This document shows positions 10,619 to 20,719 of a stretch of 64,000 nucleotides of DNA, piece by piece; the first letter of the stretch is position 1; every line of letters starts with the position of its first letter. Made by a program: the position numbers and the translations under genes. The notes under the pieces are model-generated. The model searched no databases and was not told the DNA's origin. It was given only the letters and a program-made list of their open reading frames with translations. The stretch is from Spirochaetia bacterium (GTDB lineage: Bacteria > Spirochaetota > Spirochaetia > CAKZLE01), in contig OY782041.1 of the NCBI GenBank assembly GCA_963677595.1, positions 1,280,001 to 1,344,000 of the forward strand, read 5' to 3'.

Positions 10619-11658
10619 ACGGAATCTCTCCTGCTGAGCGTATGGGGGATGAGTATCTGGTACTCAGATGGGGTGTCGGACTCGATCAGGTCGAGAAGCA
10701 AGGAGGCAGCGGCCCTGCCCTTCGCCCTTCCCGGCTGGGATATCGTCGTCAGTGCCGGGGTCACGATCTCACCGGCATCGATCCCGTCGAACCCCATGAC
10801 CGCGACCCTCGAGGGAATCGCGATCCCGTTCGAGGCCAGCTCGAGCATACAGCCGATCGCCTGGATGTCACTCATACAGACGACCGCCTCAGGGAGGGAC
10901 GACCCTTCACGTATCATCCTCGCGACCCTGGTACCCTCCTCCCTGGTGCACTCCGCCTGGTAGCTGGAGATTCCGGTGGAGCTTAAGGTGAGACCATCCT
11001 CTGAAAGGGCCCTCCGGTACCCGTTGAGCCGCATGGAGGTGATGTCCTTCCGTGCAGGAGAGACCTCCTCCCCGCCGTAGGGCATGGTGAGCAGCGCGAT
11101 CCTGCGGTACCCCCGATCGAGGATGAACCGCAGCTGCTCGTATGCAGCCTGCTCGTCATCGATGATCACCCCCGGCATCTCCTTGGAGACGGTCCCGTCG
11201 ATGGTCACGAAGGGGATCCGCCTCAGCCGCATCAACTCGATCGACTGCTCCTCTGACTGCATGCCGAGGGTGATCATGCCGTCTACCGCGGCATGCCGGA
11301 CAGCCTCATCGACACTGCCGTGCCGCAGCGGGAGCATGGTCAGGGAGTAGCCTGACTCCTCGCATTCCCGTCCGATCCCCTGGATGATCTCCCCGATATA
11401 GGGGTTGAGCATGACCGTGTCGATCCTGTCTGGGAGCAGCAGCCCGATGGACTGGTGCCGCTGGAGGGAGAGATTCCTGGCCACCGGGTTGGGGATGTAC
11501 CCGATCTTCCGGGCAGTCTCCATGATGATCTCGTATGCCTGTGACGAGATCCTTCCCGGTGCATTGAAGGCGAACGAGACCGCCGTCTTGGAGTAGCCCG
11601 AGGCCTTCGCGAGATCCGAGATAGTCACCCTGTGCTGTTTCTGCTCATTACCTTCCAT
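10615..11658 (-). CDS. LacI family transcriptional regulator
   Basis: TISDLAKASGYSKTAVS HTH, GY.PN.VARNL, PALTTI.QP. Confidence 0.93.
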   Translation of the reverse strand: MEGNEQKQHRVTISDLAKASGYSKTAVSFAFNAPGRISSQAYEIIMETARKIGYIPNPVARNLSLQRHQSIGLLLPDRIDTVMLNPYIGEIIQGIGRECEESGYSLTMLPLRHGSVDEAVRHAAVDGMITLGMQSEEQSIELMRLRRIPFVTIDGTVSKEMPGVIIDDEQAAYEQLRFILDRGYRRIALLTMPYGGEEVSPARKDITSMRLNGYRRALSEDGLTLSSTGISSYQAECTREEGTRVARMIREGSSLPEAVVCMSDIQAIGCMLELASNGIAIPSRVAVMGFDGIDAGEIVTPALTTISQPGRAKGRAAASLLLDLIESDTPSEYQILIPHTLSRRDSV

Positions 11659-11667
11659 ACTGCCGCC

Positions 11668-11679
11668 TAAACCGGTTTA
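11668..11679. promoter_or_regulatory. Candidate LacI-family operator
   Basis: Perfect palindrome TAAACCGGTTTA lying just downstream of the minus-strand TATGAT -10 box (11681-86) of the lacI gene. Confidence 0.65.
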
Positions 11680-11738
11680 CATCATATACCATAAAGTTCA
11701 AGATTGCAATTCATGAACGGTATGGGTACAATGCTCTT

Positions 11739-12029
11739 ATGGCTGATTGTTATTTTTGCGGGGCTTCGATCCCCGCTGACACGAAGATCTACCGGACGAC
11801 ACTCTGCAGGTCATGCAGCAACCCGCTGAAGATCTGCTATAACTGCAGGTTCTATGACCCACAGGCTCCTTATCAGTGCCTGGAACATATCCTGGAGCCG
11901 GTCGAGGATAAGGAGACCGCGAACTTCTGTGAGTACTTCACCCCTGCCCTGCGGTCATCCTCGAGGTCTTCGAATGAAGAGGCCCACCAGAAGGCAGTCG
12001 ATGCCTTCAACAGCCTCTTCTCCGACTGA
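11739..12029 (+). CDS. Small Cys-rich putative zinc-binding protein
   Basis: Three CxxC motifs plus two more Cys; promoter TTGCAA-N17-TACAAT 6 nt upstream. Confidence 0.7.
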   Translation: MADCYFCGASIPADTKIYRTTLCRSCSNPLKICYNCRFYDPQAPYQCLEHILEPVEDKETANFCEYFTPALRSSSRSSNEEAHQKAVDAFNSLFSD

Positions 12030-12052
12030 CCACGACCACCAAGGAGGCTCCC

Positions 12053-12517
12053 ATGCTTGAGATCGGTTCACCGGCACCTGGATTCACCCTGCCCGATGCT
12101 GACGGGATAACCCGGAGTCTTGAGGACTTCAGGGGATCCTACGTCATCCTCTATTTCTATCCCCGGGACAACACCCCCGGCTGTACGACTGAAGCCTGTA
12201 ACTTCAGGGATGATCATGACCTGATCACTGACCTGGATGGGGTGGTCATCGGCGTGAGCGGCGACTCACAAGCCAGCCACACCAGGTTCAGGGACAAGTT
12301 CGACCTGCCGTTCCTGCTCTTATCGGACCCGGACCACGAAATGATCGAGGCCTACGGGGCATGGCAGCTGAAGAAGAATTACGGGAAGGAGTATATGGGG
12401 ATCGTGAGGTCCACGGTGGTCATCGACAAAGAGGGCAACGTCCTCAAGGTCTATGAGAAGGTCTCCCCGAAAGAGCACGCCGAAGAGATCAAGACACTGC
12501 TGGAAGGGTTGAAATGA
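12053..12517 (+). CDS. bcp: Peroxiredoxin BCP (thioredoxin-dependent thiol peroxidase)
   Basis: YFYPRDNTPGCTTEAC motif; AGGAGG RBS. Confidence 0.95.
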   Translation: MLEIGSPAPGFTLPDADGITRSLEDFRGSYVILYFYPRDNTPGCTTEACNFRDDHDLITDLDGVVIGVSGDSQASHTRFRDKFDLPFLLLSDPDHEMIEAYGAWQLKKNYGKEYMGIVRSTVVIDKEGNVLKVYEKVSPKEHAEEIKTLLEGLK

Positions 12518-13107
12518 GAAGAGTAACTTTCCCGGCAATCCTCCTCCTGGCCTTCCTCTTAGCCTCCTGTACCACCCCGAGCTATGTCATCGATAACTCA
12601 CGCCTGAAGTTCCAGGAGTTCGACCCCATGGTGGTCTCAGCCCTGGCCATCGAACTCGTTGACAACGGGAGCGACACAGACCTGGCGGCCATCCTCGCCG
12701 GCCTCTCCCCTGACATCGCGGTGATCAGGGCTGACCGGAAGACGATCGCCGGGCTCGTCGATACCATCCCCATGAACGTCGCGAAGGTATCGCCTACGGT
12801 GATCATCGCGACGACCGGCGAGATCTCCTCAAAAGATGAGCATGGGGCCATGGTCCTCTTCGATGAGACCTACGGACTGCAGGTACGCATCGAGTCATAC
12901 GAAGGACTCATCGAACCTGTGCTGGTCGCGGGAGGTGATGGGAACGGTATGGTGGAAGATATCTACCTGCAGACTCACGGCGGGGATACGGAAACGGTTC
13001 CCTTCACCATCTACCAGGCAGGGGTGCTCCCCCTGGGGAGCACCGACATACGGGATGCGTATGCCGGCTGCCAGGGGGTAAGCTGCACCTTCGCGGTTTC
13101 TGATTAG
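12514..13107 (+). CDS. Hypothetical lipoprotein
   Basis: Signal peptide with LLAS-C lipobox; ATGA overlap with bcp. Confidence 0.65.
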   Translation: MRRVTFPAILLLAFLLASCTTPSYVIDNSRLKFQEFDPMVVSALAIELVDNGSDTDLAAILAGLSPDIAVIRADRKTIAGLVDTIPMNVAKVSPTVIIATTGEISSKDEHGAMVLFDETYGLQVRIESYEGLIEPVLVAGGDGNGMVEDIYLQTHGGDTETVPFTIYQAGVLPLGSTDIRDAYAGCQGVSCTFAVSD

Positions 13108-14804
13108 TCCTTCATCAGGAGGTCGAGATCGATCTCGCACATGACTGACGGCATCCCGATGCCCCAGTTCTCCAGGACCACGGGATTGACCTCGCCGAAG
13201 ATACCGACTCGGGTATCCCCGCAGATGATCTCCCCGGCACGCCCGTCGATGAACCTCGAATCAGACACATCCTTGAGCACATACTCCTTGTTCAGGTAGA
13301 AGAGCAGGGCTGCGACGGTCGAGTTGACCTCGTTGAACCCGATCGCGGTATCGGCGGAGAAGAACCCGAGGGTATTCCTCGTCACGGTGCCTGAGTTGTC
13401 GGCTGCATCGAGGAAGGCCACCTTCCCGATCTCGAAGATGTTATGAGGATAGACCGCATGGGCGGACACGCTCTCGGATTGGAGCATGGACGGCATGATC
13501 GATGCCCTGACGTACTCATAGTTCTCCGTCATGGGGTTGGCGATGTGGATATACTCATCCCCGTCGACGTTCATCTTCTCGATGTAGTCCTTGTGGGAAC
13601 CGAGGTAGTTGTACATCATCTCCTGGAACCCGAGCCCGATCATGAGGTCCTTGACCTTCCTGCCGAAGGACTCTTCTGCAGTCAGCCGTCCCACGGTATA
13701 GTCGCTCGGCATCACCGGGGTGAACTTCCCGAGCCCGTGACCGATCATGACATCCTCGATGACATCCACCGGGTGAAGGAAGTCGTTCCGGTACTCAGGG
13801 ACCGTCACATAGACCGAATCCCCGTCAATGACCGAATAGGCTCCCATGTTCCTCAGGGCCGCGACCACCTGCTCCTCGGAGAGATCCTCACCGAGCAGCT
13901 TGTTGATATACCCCAGTTCTGCGGAGACCGGATCCTGGAAGTAATAGGGACAGACGAACTCCGTACCCAGCTCCGTCTCGAAGGGGTAGCTGACCTTCAC
14001 CGGGAGGATCGTGAACCCCTGGTCTGCCAGGTCGCAGGCCACGATGGAGGCAGCAAGGACGAGGTCTTTGAGCACGGTCCCGGTAAGCTCGATGAAGAGC
14101 TCCTCGTCACCGAGCTTGACGGCACCTATCTCGGCACTGTTAATAACCGGCGGGAAACTGAGCACCTTGCCATTCACGTCGGTGAGGAAGGGGAATGCCG
14201 GGAGGTCTGCCACGATGTGGCCGAACTCCTGCCCTTTCGGGTGCTTCTCGATGATCTCGCGCAGCGACATCTCCTCCTCACTCTGCAGCGGGACGAACCG
14301 GGTGGCATCCGGGTCGACGGCCGTGTACTGGACCGGGTACTCCATGATGTCGGATCGGTAGACCCCCATCGCGATAGACTTCCGCTTCCTGCCGAAATTC
14401 CAGCAGAGCTTCTCCTGCGTCTGGATGATGTCCTTGAGGACGGCATCGTCGATCTTCAGGCCGTTCACGGCGAACCCCACGATATAGGGGCGGATCTCCT
14501 GCACGTTCTCTGAGACCTCGATCACCCTGCCCTCGCAGTCGAACTCCTCCTCCGCCGTGGAGAAGAAGTCATAGAAGGGAGCATCTCCCCCCTGGTTGAC
14601 CCTAAGCTGCCGGGCAAGGCCCGCAGCCGACCAGAGGTCTGGGCGGTTGGTATCATTGAGCTCGATCTTGAGGAGGTCCTCCTCCACGTCATGGTCATCC
14701 AACTCGGCTTTCGCGGCCGGGAGGATCTCCTCGAGCTGTTCATCACTGTATCGGGTACCAAGAAGGTCGAAGAACTTCCTGGATGAAACTTCAATTTTAG
14801 GCAT
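13104..14804 (-). CDS. pheT: Phenylalanine--tRNA ligase beta subunit (short archaeal/eukaryal type)
   Basis: NRPDLWS, SFPPVINS, VPEYRNDFLHPVDVIEDV; about 566 aa with no tRNA-binding OB or FDX-ACB domain. Confidence 0.93.
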   Translation of the reverse strand: MPKIEVSSRKFFDLLGTRYSDEQLEEILPAAKAELDDHDVEEDLLKIELNDTNRPDLWSAAGLARQLRVNQGGDAPFYDFFSTAEEEFDCEGRVIEVSENVQEIRPYIVGFAVNGLKIDDAVLKDIIQTQEKLCWNFGRKRKSIAMGVYRSDIMEYPVQYTAVDPDATRFVPLQSEEEMSLREIIEKHPKGQEFGHIVADLPAFPFLTDVNGKVLSFPPVINSAEIGAVKLGDEELFIELTGTVLKDLVLAASIVACDLADQGFTILPVKVSYPFETELGTEFVCPYYFQDPVSAELGYINKLLGEDLSEEQVVAALRNMGAYSVIDGDSVYVTVPEYRNDFLHPVDVIEDVMIGHGLGKFTPVMPSDYTVGRLTAEESFGRKVKDLMIGLGFQEMMYNYLGSHKDYIEKMNVDGDEYIHIANPMTENYEYVRASIMPSMLQSESVSAHAVYPHNIFEIGKVAFLDAADNSGTVTRNTLGFFSADTAIGFNEVNSTVAALLFYLNKEYVLKDVSDSRFIDGRAGEIICGDTRVGIFGEVNPVVLENWGIGMPSVMCEIDLDLLMKD

Positions 14805-14805
14805 C

Positions 14806-16344
14806 TTATCTTCCCCTTCTTGTTCGTACACTCTCGATGTCGGGAGTGAAGAGTTCTCTCAGGTCGTTCAGCCCGAGATGCATGAGCGCCATACGGTCGA
14901 TCCCGAGGCCCCAGGCAAGCACCGGCACATCGATGCCCATGGCCTTCGTCACTTCAGGGCGGAAGATACCCGAACCCCCGAGCTCGAACCAGCCGAGGAT
15001 CGGGTGCTTGATATGGACCTCGATCGAGGGCTCGGTGAACGGGAAGTACCCGGGCACATACTTGACCTCCTCGGCCCCGGCGACCTCTTCTGCGAACATC
15101 TTCAGCAGCCCGAGCAGGGTCTTGAGGTTGACGTCGTCACCGAGGACGATCCCCTCGGTCTGGTAGAAGTCGGCCCCATGGGTCGCATCCACCTGGTCAT
15201 ACCGGAAGCACCGGACGACCCCGAAGTACTTTCCCGGGATCTTGGCATTCGGCAGGGTCTTCGCGGAGAGGACCGTCCCCTGTGAGCGCATGACCTGCCG
15301 CCTGGTGAACTCATGGTCGAACGAATAGCCCCAGCCGCGTGAACCGGTATTCCATCCGTCCTCATGGACAGCAGCGACCTGGTCAAGGTAGGGCTGCTCG
15401 ATCTCCTTCGCATGGGAGGCGTTCTCGAGGTAGTAGACATCGTGGATATCACGGGCACTGTGGAACTGCGGCATGAACAGGGCATCCCCGTTCCAGAACT
15501 CCGTCTCCACGAGCGGGCCGTCGAACTCCTCGAAGCCGAGTGAGTTCAGCTTGTCCTTCACCCACTGGAGGTAGGCACCGTAGGGGTTGCGCCGGCCGAG
15601 CTGGAGCCTCCCGGGAGGGGTGCTCATGGAGTAGGCCCGGAAGTTCTTCTCCTTCCACTCACCTGAGGCAAGCATGGCTGGGGTAACCGCACCGAGCTCC
15701 TCGCCGGTGAGTCCCGCACTCTCGAGGGCAGTCTTCACTTCCGCACCGTTCCCGGTCAGCCTATAGTCGACCTCTTCCCGCTCGATGATCCTGAAGGGGA
15801 CACCTGAGGCACCGCGCTTCTTGCTGACCTTCCCGATCACCTTCCGTTCCTCATCCGAGAGGTCTGCATCGCTGAGCAGGGAGTCCGTCGACCGGTCAAG
15901 CAGGTCCCTGATCATGAGGAACATGTCAGGGAGCCGGTCGGCCTTCAGGACCGCCTTCTTCTCATCGTTCATGCCGAACACGCCGACTTTCGAGAGCTGC
16001 CCGAACGCAGACCCGATATCACGCTGCTCGAGGCCGAGGGCCTGCGCGAGTTCGGGGAGCGAATGGGGTGCGTTCTCACTGAGCAGTTTGAAGATCCGCT
16101 CGGCGGGAAGCCCGATCTGCTGCTGGACCTTCCCGAGGTCCGTCAGTTCATAATAGACTTTTGCCTGGCGGCCGGACTCTTCGATCAGCCCCTTGGCTGT
16201 GAGCCAGCTGAACGCCTGGTTGCATTGGCCAAGCTTGTATTCGAGTTCTTCGATGATCCTGTCAGCCGTGATCACCTCGCCCAAAGCCACATGCCTCAGC
16301 AGGCGTACTTCAAGGGGATGAAGACTCTTTAATTCAATATCCAT
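14806..16344 (-). CDS. pheS: Phenylalanine--tRNA ligase alpha subunit (long archaeal/eukaryal type)
   Basis: FWN.DALFMPQFHSARD.HD, DATH..DFYQ.EG, YFPFTEPS, WGLGIDR. Confidence 0.95.
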   Translation of the reverse strand: MDIELKSLHPLEVRLLRHVALGEVITADRIIEELEYKLGQCNQAFSWLTAKGLIEESGRQAKVYYELTDLGKVQQQIGLPAERIFKLLSENAPHSLPELAQALGLEQRDIGSAFGQLSKVGVFGMNDEKKAVLKADRLPDMFLMIRDLLDRSTDSLLSDADLSDEERKVIGKVSKKRGASGVPFRIIEREEVDYRLTGNGAEVKTALESAGLTGEELGAVTPAMLASGEWKEKNFRAYSMSTPPGRLQLGRRNPYGAYLQWVKDKLNSLGFEEFDGPLVETEFWNGDALFMPQFHSARDIHDVYYLENASHAKEIEQPYLDQVAAVHEDGWNTGSRGWGYSFDHEFTRRQVMRSQGTVLSAKTLPNAKIPGKYFGVVRCFRYDQVDATHGADFYQTEGIVLGDDVNLKTLLGLLKMFAEEVAGAEEVKYVPGYFPFTEPSIEVHIKHPILGWFELGGSGIFRPEVTKAMGIDVPVLAWGLGIDRMALMHLGLNDLRELFTPDIESVRTRRGR

Positions 16345-16556
16345 AAATCCTGTTTCTCCTGTACGAGGGTTACCTGTAGTGTCAAATCATTCTATAGAGT
16401 CGCAAGAAAAAATTAAAGTGCTATGGGACAATTCTTTGCTAAAAACAGGGCGTTTGTCTCCACGTGCCGTTCCTGCGCAGATTCCGCTGTCCCAGACTGC
16501 ATGATGCGGGTAATCCATGCTATAATAGGAAGATCCCGTATACAGGAGGATCCCGT

Positions 16557-16889
16557 ATGACTCAGGAACTGACCGAGTTCTCCAGGAGGGTGATCACCCT
16601 CATCCGACAGATCCCGGAGGGGCATGTCGCCACCTACGGCCAGATCGCACGCCTGGCAGGTTCCCCGCGAGGGGCTCGGCAGGTCGTCAGGCTGCTGCAC
16701 TCCTCCTCCCATACCTACAGCCTCCCCTGGCACCGCGTCATCAACCGGCAGGGACGGATCTCCCTGGCATCAGGGGAGGGACTCGAGGAACAGGCGGCCC
16801 TCCTGCAGTCCGAAGGCATCCTGGTCTCCCCGGAAGGGTCGATCAACCTGGCGGCATACCTCTATTCCTTCGCGGGGGAGGGGGGCTGA
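16557..16889 (+). CDS. Alkyltransferase-like (ATL/MGMT family) DNA-damage-binding protein
   Basis: IPEG.VATYGQIA.LAG.PR.ARQV and PWHRV (Trp replaces the catalytic Cys); AGGAGG RBS. Confidence 0.88.
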   Translation: MTQELTEFSRRVITLIRQIPEGHVATYGQIARLAGSPRGARQVVRLLHSSSHTYSLPWHRVINRQGRISLASGEGLEEQAALLQSEGILVSPEGSINLAAYLYSFAGEGG

Positions 16890-17133
16890 TCCCAGGCCGT
16901 CTGGAGCGGGTTCGCACGGGCATCACAACCCGGTGTTGTCCTTTTTGCGACAGGCTGCAACACTATGGGAGTTTTCTTATCTTTTTCCCGATTTCATCCC
17001 GCACCCATGTTGCATTTTACCGACAAAATAAGTATAACTTGCCTATGATCAACAATATAGCGAATGGCGCTGTAACGTTGAGAAATCAAGAGGTTATAGT
17101 ACATTGAATCGCCCGATCTCTGTTACCATACAA

Positions 17134-17232
17134 ATGCTGGAAGACGTAAGAATCCCCTTTTTTATGCGGGATCACCTGCATGCGGTCAAGAAATTACAAG
17201 ATCACATGCAGACTGCGCATGCACCTGCTTGA
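17134..17232 (+). other. Candidate leader uORF (32 aa, MLEDVRIPFFMRDHLHAVKKLQDHMQTAHAPA) upstream of the pur operon
   Basis: Open frame from ATG 17134 (second ATG at 17164) to TGA 17232, ending 5 nt before a terminator-like hairpin; no clear RBS. Confidence 0.3.
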
Positions 17233-17237
17233 ACTGC

Positions 17238-17270
17238 GGCCCCGGAATGATTCCGGGGTCTTACTGTTTT
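17238..17270 (+). terminator. Terminator-like (attenuator) hairpin in the purL leader
   Basis: GGCCCCGGAA-TGA-TTCCGGGGTC followed by TTACTGTTTT, about 55 nt before the purL start. Confidence 0.6.
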
Positions 17271-17324
17271 CAGGGGCCTCCGGCGGGATTCGGGCCAAGA
17301 GACTGATGAAAGAGGGAGACATCT

Positions 17325-19646
17325 ATGTCAGAAACACATGTTCTTTCGTATGACCTTCAGCAGATGGATGACCAGGCGATCGGGTCCCTGCTGAACGAAC
17401 ATACCATAGGGCTGACGATCGACGAGGCGAAGAAGCTGCAGTTCGATATCCTGCACCGGGCACCTACCCTTGCCGAACTGATCCTGTTCGGGATCGAGGG
17501 CTCTGAGCACTGCTCGTACAAGAGCAGCAGGCCGTACCTGAAACTGTTCACGACCGACGGAAAGGACGTCATCCTCGGGGCCAAGGAGGATGCCGGGATC
17601 GTACGGATCGCCGATGATAAGAGCGGAAAATCCTACGGGATCATCATGAGCCATGAGTCCCACAACCACCCGAGCCAGCTAGTCCCCTATGAGGGAGCTG
17701 CCACCGGGGTCGGGGGCAATGTCAGGGATGTCTGCTGCATGGGCGGGCAGGTCATAGCCCAGGCGGATGACCTGCGCTTCGGTTCCATCGACAACCCGAA
17801 GAACAAGTGGATCTATGAGGGAGTCGTCTCAGGGATCGCCGGCTACGGCAACCCCATCGGGGTGCCGAACCTCGGCGGGGGCCTGCAGTTCGACCCCGGG
17901 TATGATGACAACTGCCTGGTGACCGTCGTGTCGCTGGGGCTGATCGATGCCGATGCCATCGTCCACTCCTTCGCACCGAAGGACGCGGTCGGCTACGACT
18001 TGATCCTCGTCGGGAAACCTACTGACAACAGCGGGTTCGGGGGTGCGAGCTTCGCGAGCTTCGAGCTCGAGGAAGACCAGCACGAGCAGAACAAGGGAGC
18101 CGTCCAGGAACCCAACGCCTTCCTCGGCCGCCATATGATCAAGTCCTCAGTCGAGCTCTTCGAGAAGCTCAAGGCGATGGATGCCATTGACCGGATCGGT
18201 TTCAAGGACCTCGGGGCCGGCGGTATCGCCTGCGCCAGTGTCGAGCTCGTGGATGAGGCAGGGTACGGCGCAGTCGTCGAGGTGGAGCGGATCCACATCG
18301 CGGACGGCGAGTACGAACCCCATGTCATCCTCTGCGCTGAGACACAGGAACGGTACATGTGGGTCTCCCCGAAAGACCTGACTCCCATGATCCTCGACCA
18401 TTACAACAAGGAATACGCACTGCCGGAGATCTCCAAGGGTGCGGCTGCGAAGGTGATCGGGTACGTCACCGAAGAGACCGATTATGTCGTGACCTACCAC
18501 GGGGCGAAGCTCGTAGACGCACCGGCATCAGAGGTCACGAAGGGATTCCTCTACTATAGGGAGGTCGGGGAGTTGAGAACCCCGCCGGAGGAGCCTTCGA
18601 TCCCGGCACCGGAAGACTACAACCAGGTGCTCCTCGACCTGCTCGCCTCCGAGAACATCGCATCACGTCACCCGCTCTATGAGCAGTATGACAAACAGGT
18701 CCAGGGAAGGACGGCTGTCGAGGCCGGTGCCGGGGATTCCGGCATCATGACCCCGTTCAATGACGCGGCCTACCCTGAGGAGCTCAGGAAGGTGGCAGTC
18801 ACCCTGACCACGGACCAGAACCCGAGGCAGAATCGGATCGATGCCTACCAGGGAGCCGTCAATGCGGTCGCCGAGGCCTACTGCAACACGGTAGCCTGCG
18901 GGGCTGTCCCTGTGGCACTCTCGGACTGCCTCTGCTACGGCAACCCTGAGAAGCCGGAGCAGATGCGGCTCTTCGTCGACGGCTGCAAGGGAGTGGCAGA
19001 CGCCTCCTCCTTCTTCAGCATCCCCGTGATCGCGGGGAACGTCTCCCTCTACAATGAATCGGGCAACGGCTCGATCCCACCGAGTCCGATGATCGCGGTG
19101 CTTGGCAGGATCGAGGACGTGACGACAGCGCTGGGCAGCCACATCCCCGAAGGGGAGTATGAGCTGCTCCTTGCAGGGAAGCGGAAACCCGAACTCGGGG
19201 GAAGCGTCTACTACCAGCTCGCGGGGAAGACCGGGAACTCGATCCCGAGACCGGACCTCAAGGAGCTCCAGTCTATCGGGACGGCGATCGGGGCATGTGC
19301 CGCAGAGCACCTGATCTCAGCCTGCCATGATATCTCGGAAGGGGGCCTGGCAGTAGCCCTGAGCGAGATGCTCTTTACCAGCGGGATCGGGGCACGTGTC
19401 TCGGTGACGGACGGGATCGACCCCGTATCATTCCTCTTCGGGGAATCATTCGGGTTCATCCTCGCTGTGAAGAAAGACGACCTGACAGCATGTACAGAAC
19501 AGTTCGCCGCAGAGGGAGTCTCCCTCATACCCCTGGGAACCACCACCCCTGGGAACGGGGAGATCGTGGTCGGGGAGCTCATCTCCCTGCCGGTGGAGAA
19601 AGCCAAGTACGAATGGCTGCATGGACTACGAAGGAGATTATCATGA
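17325..19646 (+). CDS. purL: Phosphoribosylformylglycinamidine synthase subunit PurL (small type)
   Basis: SEHCSYKS, ESHNHPS, GAATGVGG, DLGAGG, ETQER, GNVSLYNE, HDISEGGL. Confidence 0.96.
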   Translation: MSETHVLSYDLQQMDDQAIGSLLNEHTIGLTIDEAKKLQFDILHRAPTLAELILFGIEGSEHCSYKSSRPYLKLFTTDGKDVILGAKEDAGIVRIADDKSGKSYGIIMSHESHNHPSQLVPYEGAATGVGGNVRDVCCMGGQVIAQADDLRFGSIDNPKNKWIYEGVVSGIAGYGNPIGVPNLGGGLQFDPGYDDNCLVTVVSLGLIDADAIVHSFAPKDAVGYDLILVGKPTDNSGFGGASFASFELEEDQHEQNKGAVQEPNAFLGRHMIKSSVELFEKLKAMDAIDRIGFKDLGAGGIACASVELVDEAGYGAVVEVERIHIADGEYEPHVILCAETQERYMWVSPKDLTPMILDHYNKEYALPEISKGAAAKVIGYVTEETDYVVTYHGAKLVDAPASEVTKGFLYYREVGELRTPPEEPSIPAPEDYNQVLLDLLASENIASRHPLYEQYDKQVQGRTAVEAGAGDSGIMTPFNDAAYPEELRKVAVTLTTDQNPRQNRIDAYQGAVNAVAEAYCNTVACGAVPVALSDCLCYGNPEKPEQMRLFVDGCKGVADASSFFSIPVIAGNVSLYNESGNGSIPPSPMIAVLGRIEDVTTALGSHIPEGEYELLLAGKRKPELGGSVYYQLAGKTGNSIPRPDLKELQSIGTAIGACAAEHLISACHDISEGGLAVALSEMLFTSGIGARVSVTDGIDPVSFLFGESFGFILAVKKDDLTACTEQFAAEGVSLIPLGTTTPGNGEIVVGELISLPVEKAKYEWLHGLRRRLS

Positions 19647-20719
19647 GTATCAGTTATAAATCAGCGGGCGTCGATATCGAGGCCGGTAACGAGACAGTGG
19701 AGAAGATCAAGGAGAGTGCGCTCTCGACCTTCTCGCCTGAGGTACTGACAGGCCTCGGGAGCTTCGGCTCCTTCTATGACCTGAAGCAGGTCGTCAATGA
19801 GTACGACCATCCGGTCATGGTCCAGAGCATCGACGGTGTCGGGACCAAGATCATGGTGGCATCCATGCTCGATGACTACTCCACGATCGGCAGGGACCTG
19901 CTGAGCGCCTGCTGCAACGATATCATCGTGCACGGCGCCAAGCCGGTGACCTTCCTCGACTATATCGCCAATGACAAGCTCATCCCCGAGGTGGTCGCAC
20001 AGATGGTCCGAGGCATGGCTGACGGCTGCATCGAGGCCGGGGTGAGCCTGGTAGGCGGTGAGACTGCCGAGATGCCGGGCACCTACCGGGAGGGCGAGCA
20101 TGACCTCGTCGGGATCGTGACGGGCTTCGTCGAGAAGGACGGGATCATCAACGGCCAGGATGTCGTCCCCGGGGACCTCATCTTCGGCATCCCCTCGAGC
20201 GGGCTCCATACCAACGGCTACTCACTCGCACGGAAGGTACTCTTCGACCATGCGGGGCTCACGGTTGACGATACCGTACCTGCCTCGTTCGGCGAGACCG
20301 GCGGGAAGACCATCGGGCAGATCCTCCTCGAGCCGCACACCAACTATGCCGCGGCAGTCCTCAGGATGCTCGAGTCCGGCCTCACGGTGAAGAGCATGTC
20401 CCATATCACGGGAGGGGGGCTCATCGAGAACGTCCCGAGGACCCTGCCTAAGGATGTTTCAGCCGTGATCGACCCGGAGAGCTGGGAGACACCGGCTATC
20501 TTCGCCTACATGGCAGAACTCGGGTCCATCCCCGCAGTCGAGATGTTCCATGCCTTCAATATGGGGATCGGGTACACTATCGTCGTCCCGGCAGAAGAGA
20601 AGGATACGGCACTGCAGGTCATCGGTGACAGCTTCGGCTGTGAGCCGGTACTGCTCGGCACGATAGAACGGGGGGACGGGCAGACCGTCATCACCGGCAT
20701 CACAGGAGGAGAGGCATGA
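19643..20719 (+). CDS. purM: AIR synthetase (phosphoribosylformylglycinamidine cyclo-ligase)
   Basis: YKSAGVDI, DGVGTK, GGETAEMPG, SSGLHTNGYS, HITGGG, FNMGIG; start ATG 19643. Confidence 0.96.
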   Translation: MSISYKSAGVDIEAGNETVEKIKESALSTFSPEVLTGLGSFGSFYDLKQVVNEYDHPVMVQSIDGVGTKIMVASMLDDYSTIGRDLLSACCNDIIVHGAKPVTFLDYIANDKLIPEVVAQMVRGMADGCIEAGVSLVGGETAEMPGTYREGEHDLVGIVTGFVEKDGIINGQDVVPGDLIFGIPSSGLHTNGYSLARKVLFDHAGLTVDDTVPASFGETGGKTIGQILLEPHTNYAAAVLRMLESGLTVKSMSHITGGGLIENVPRTLPKDVSAVIDPESWETPAIFAYMAELGSIPAVEMFHAFNMGIGYTIVVPAEEKDTALQVIGDSFGCEPVLLGTIERGDGQTVITGITGGEA

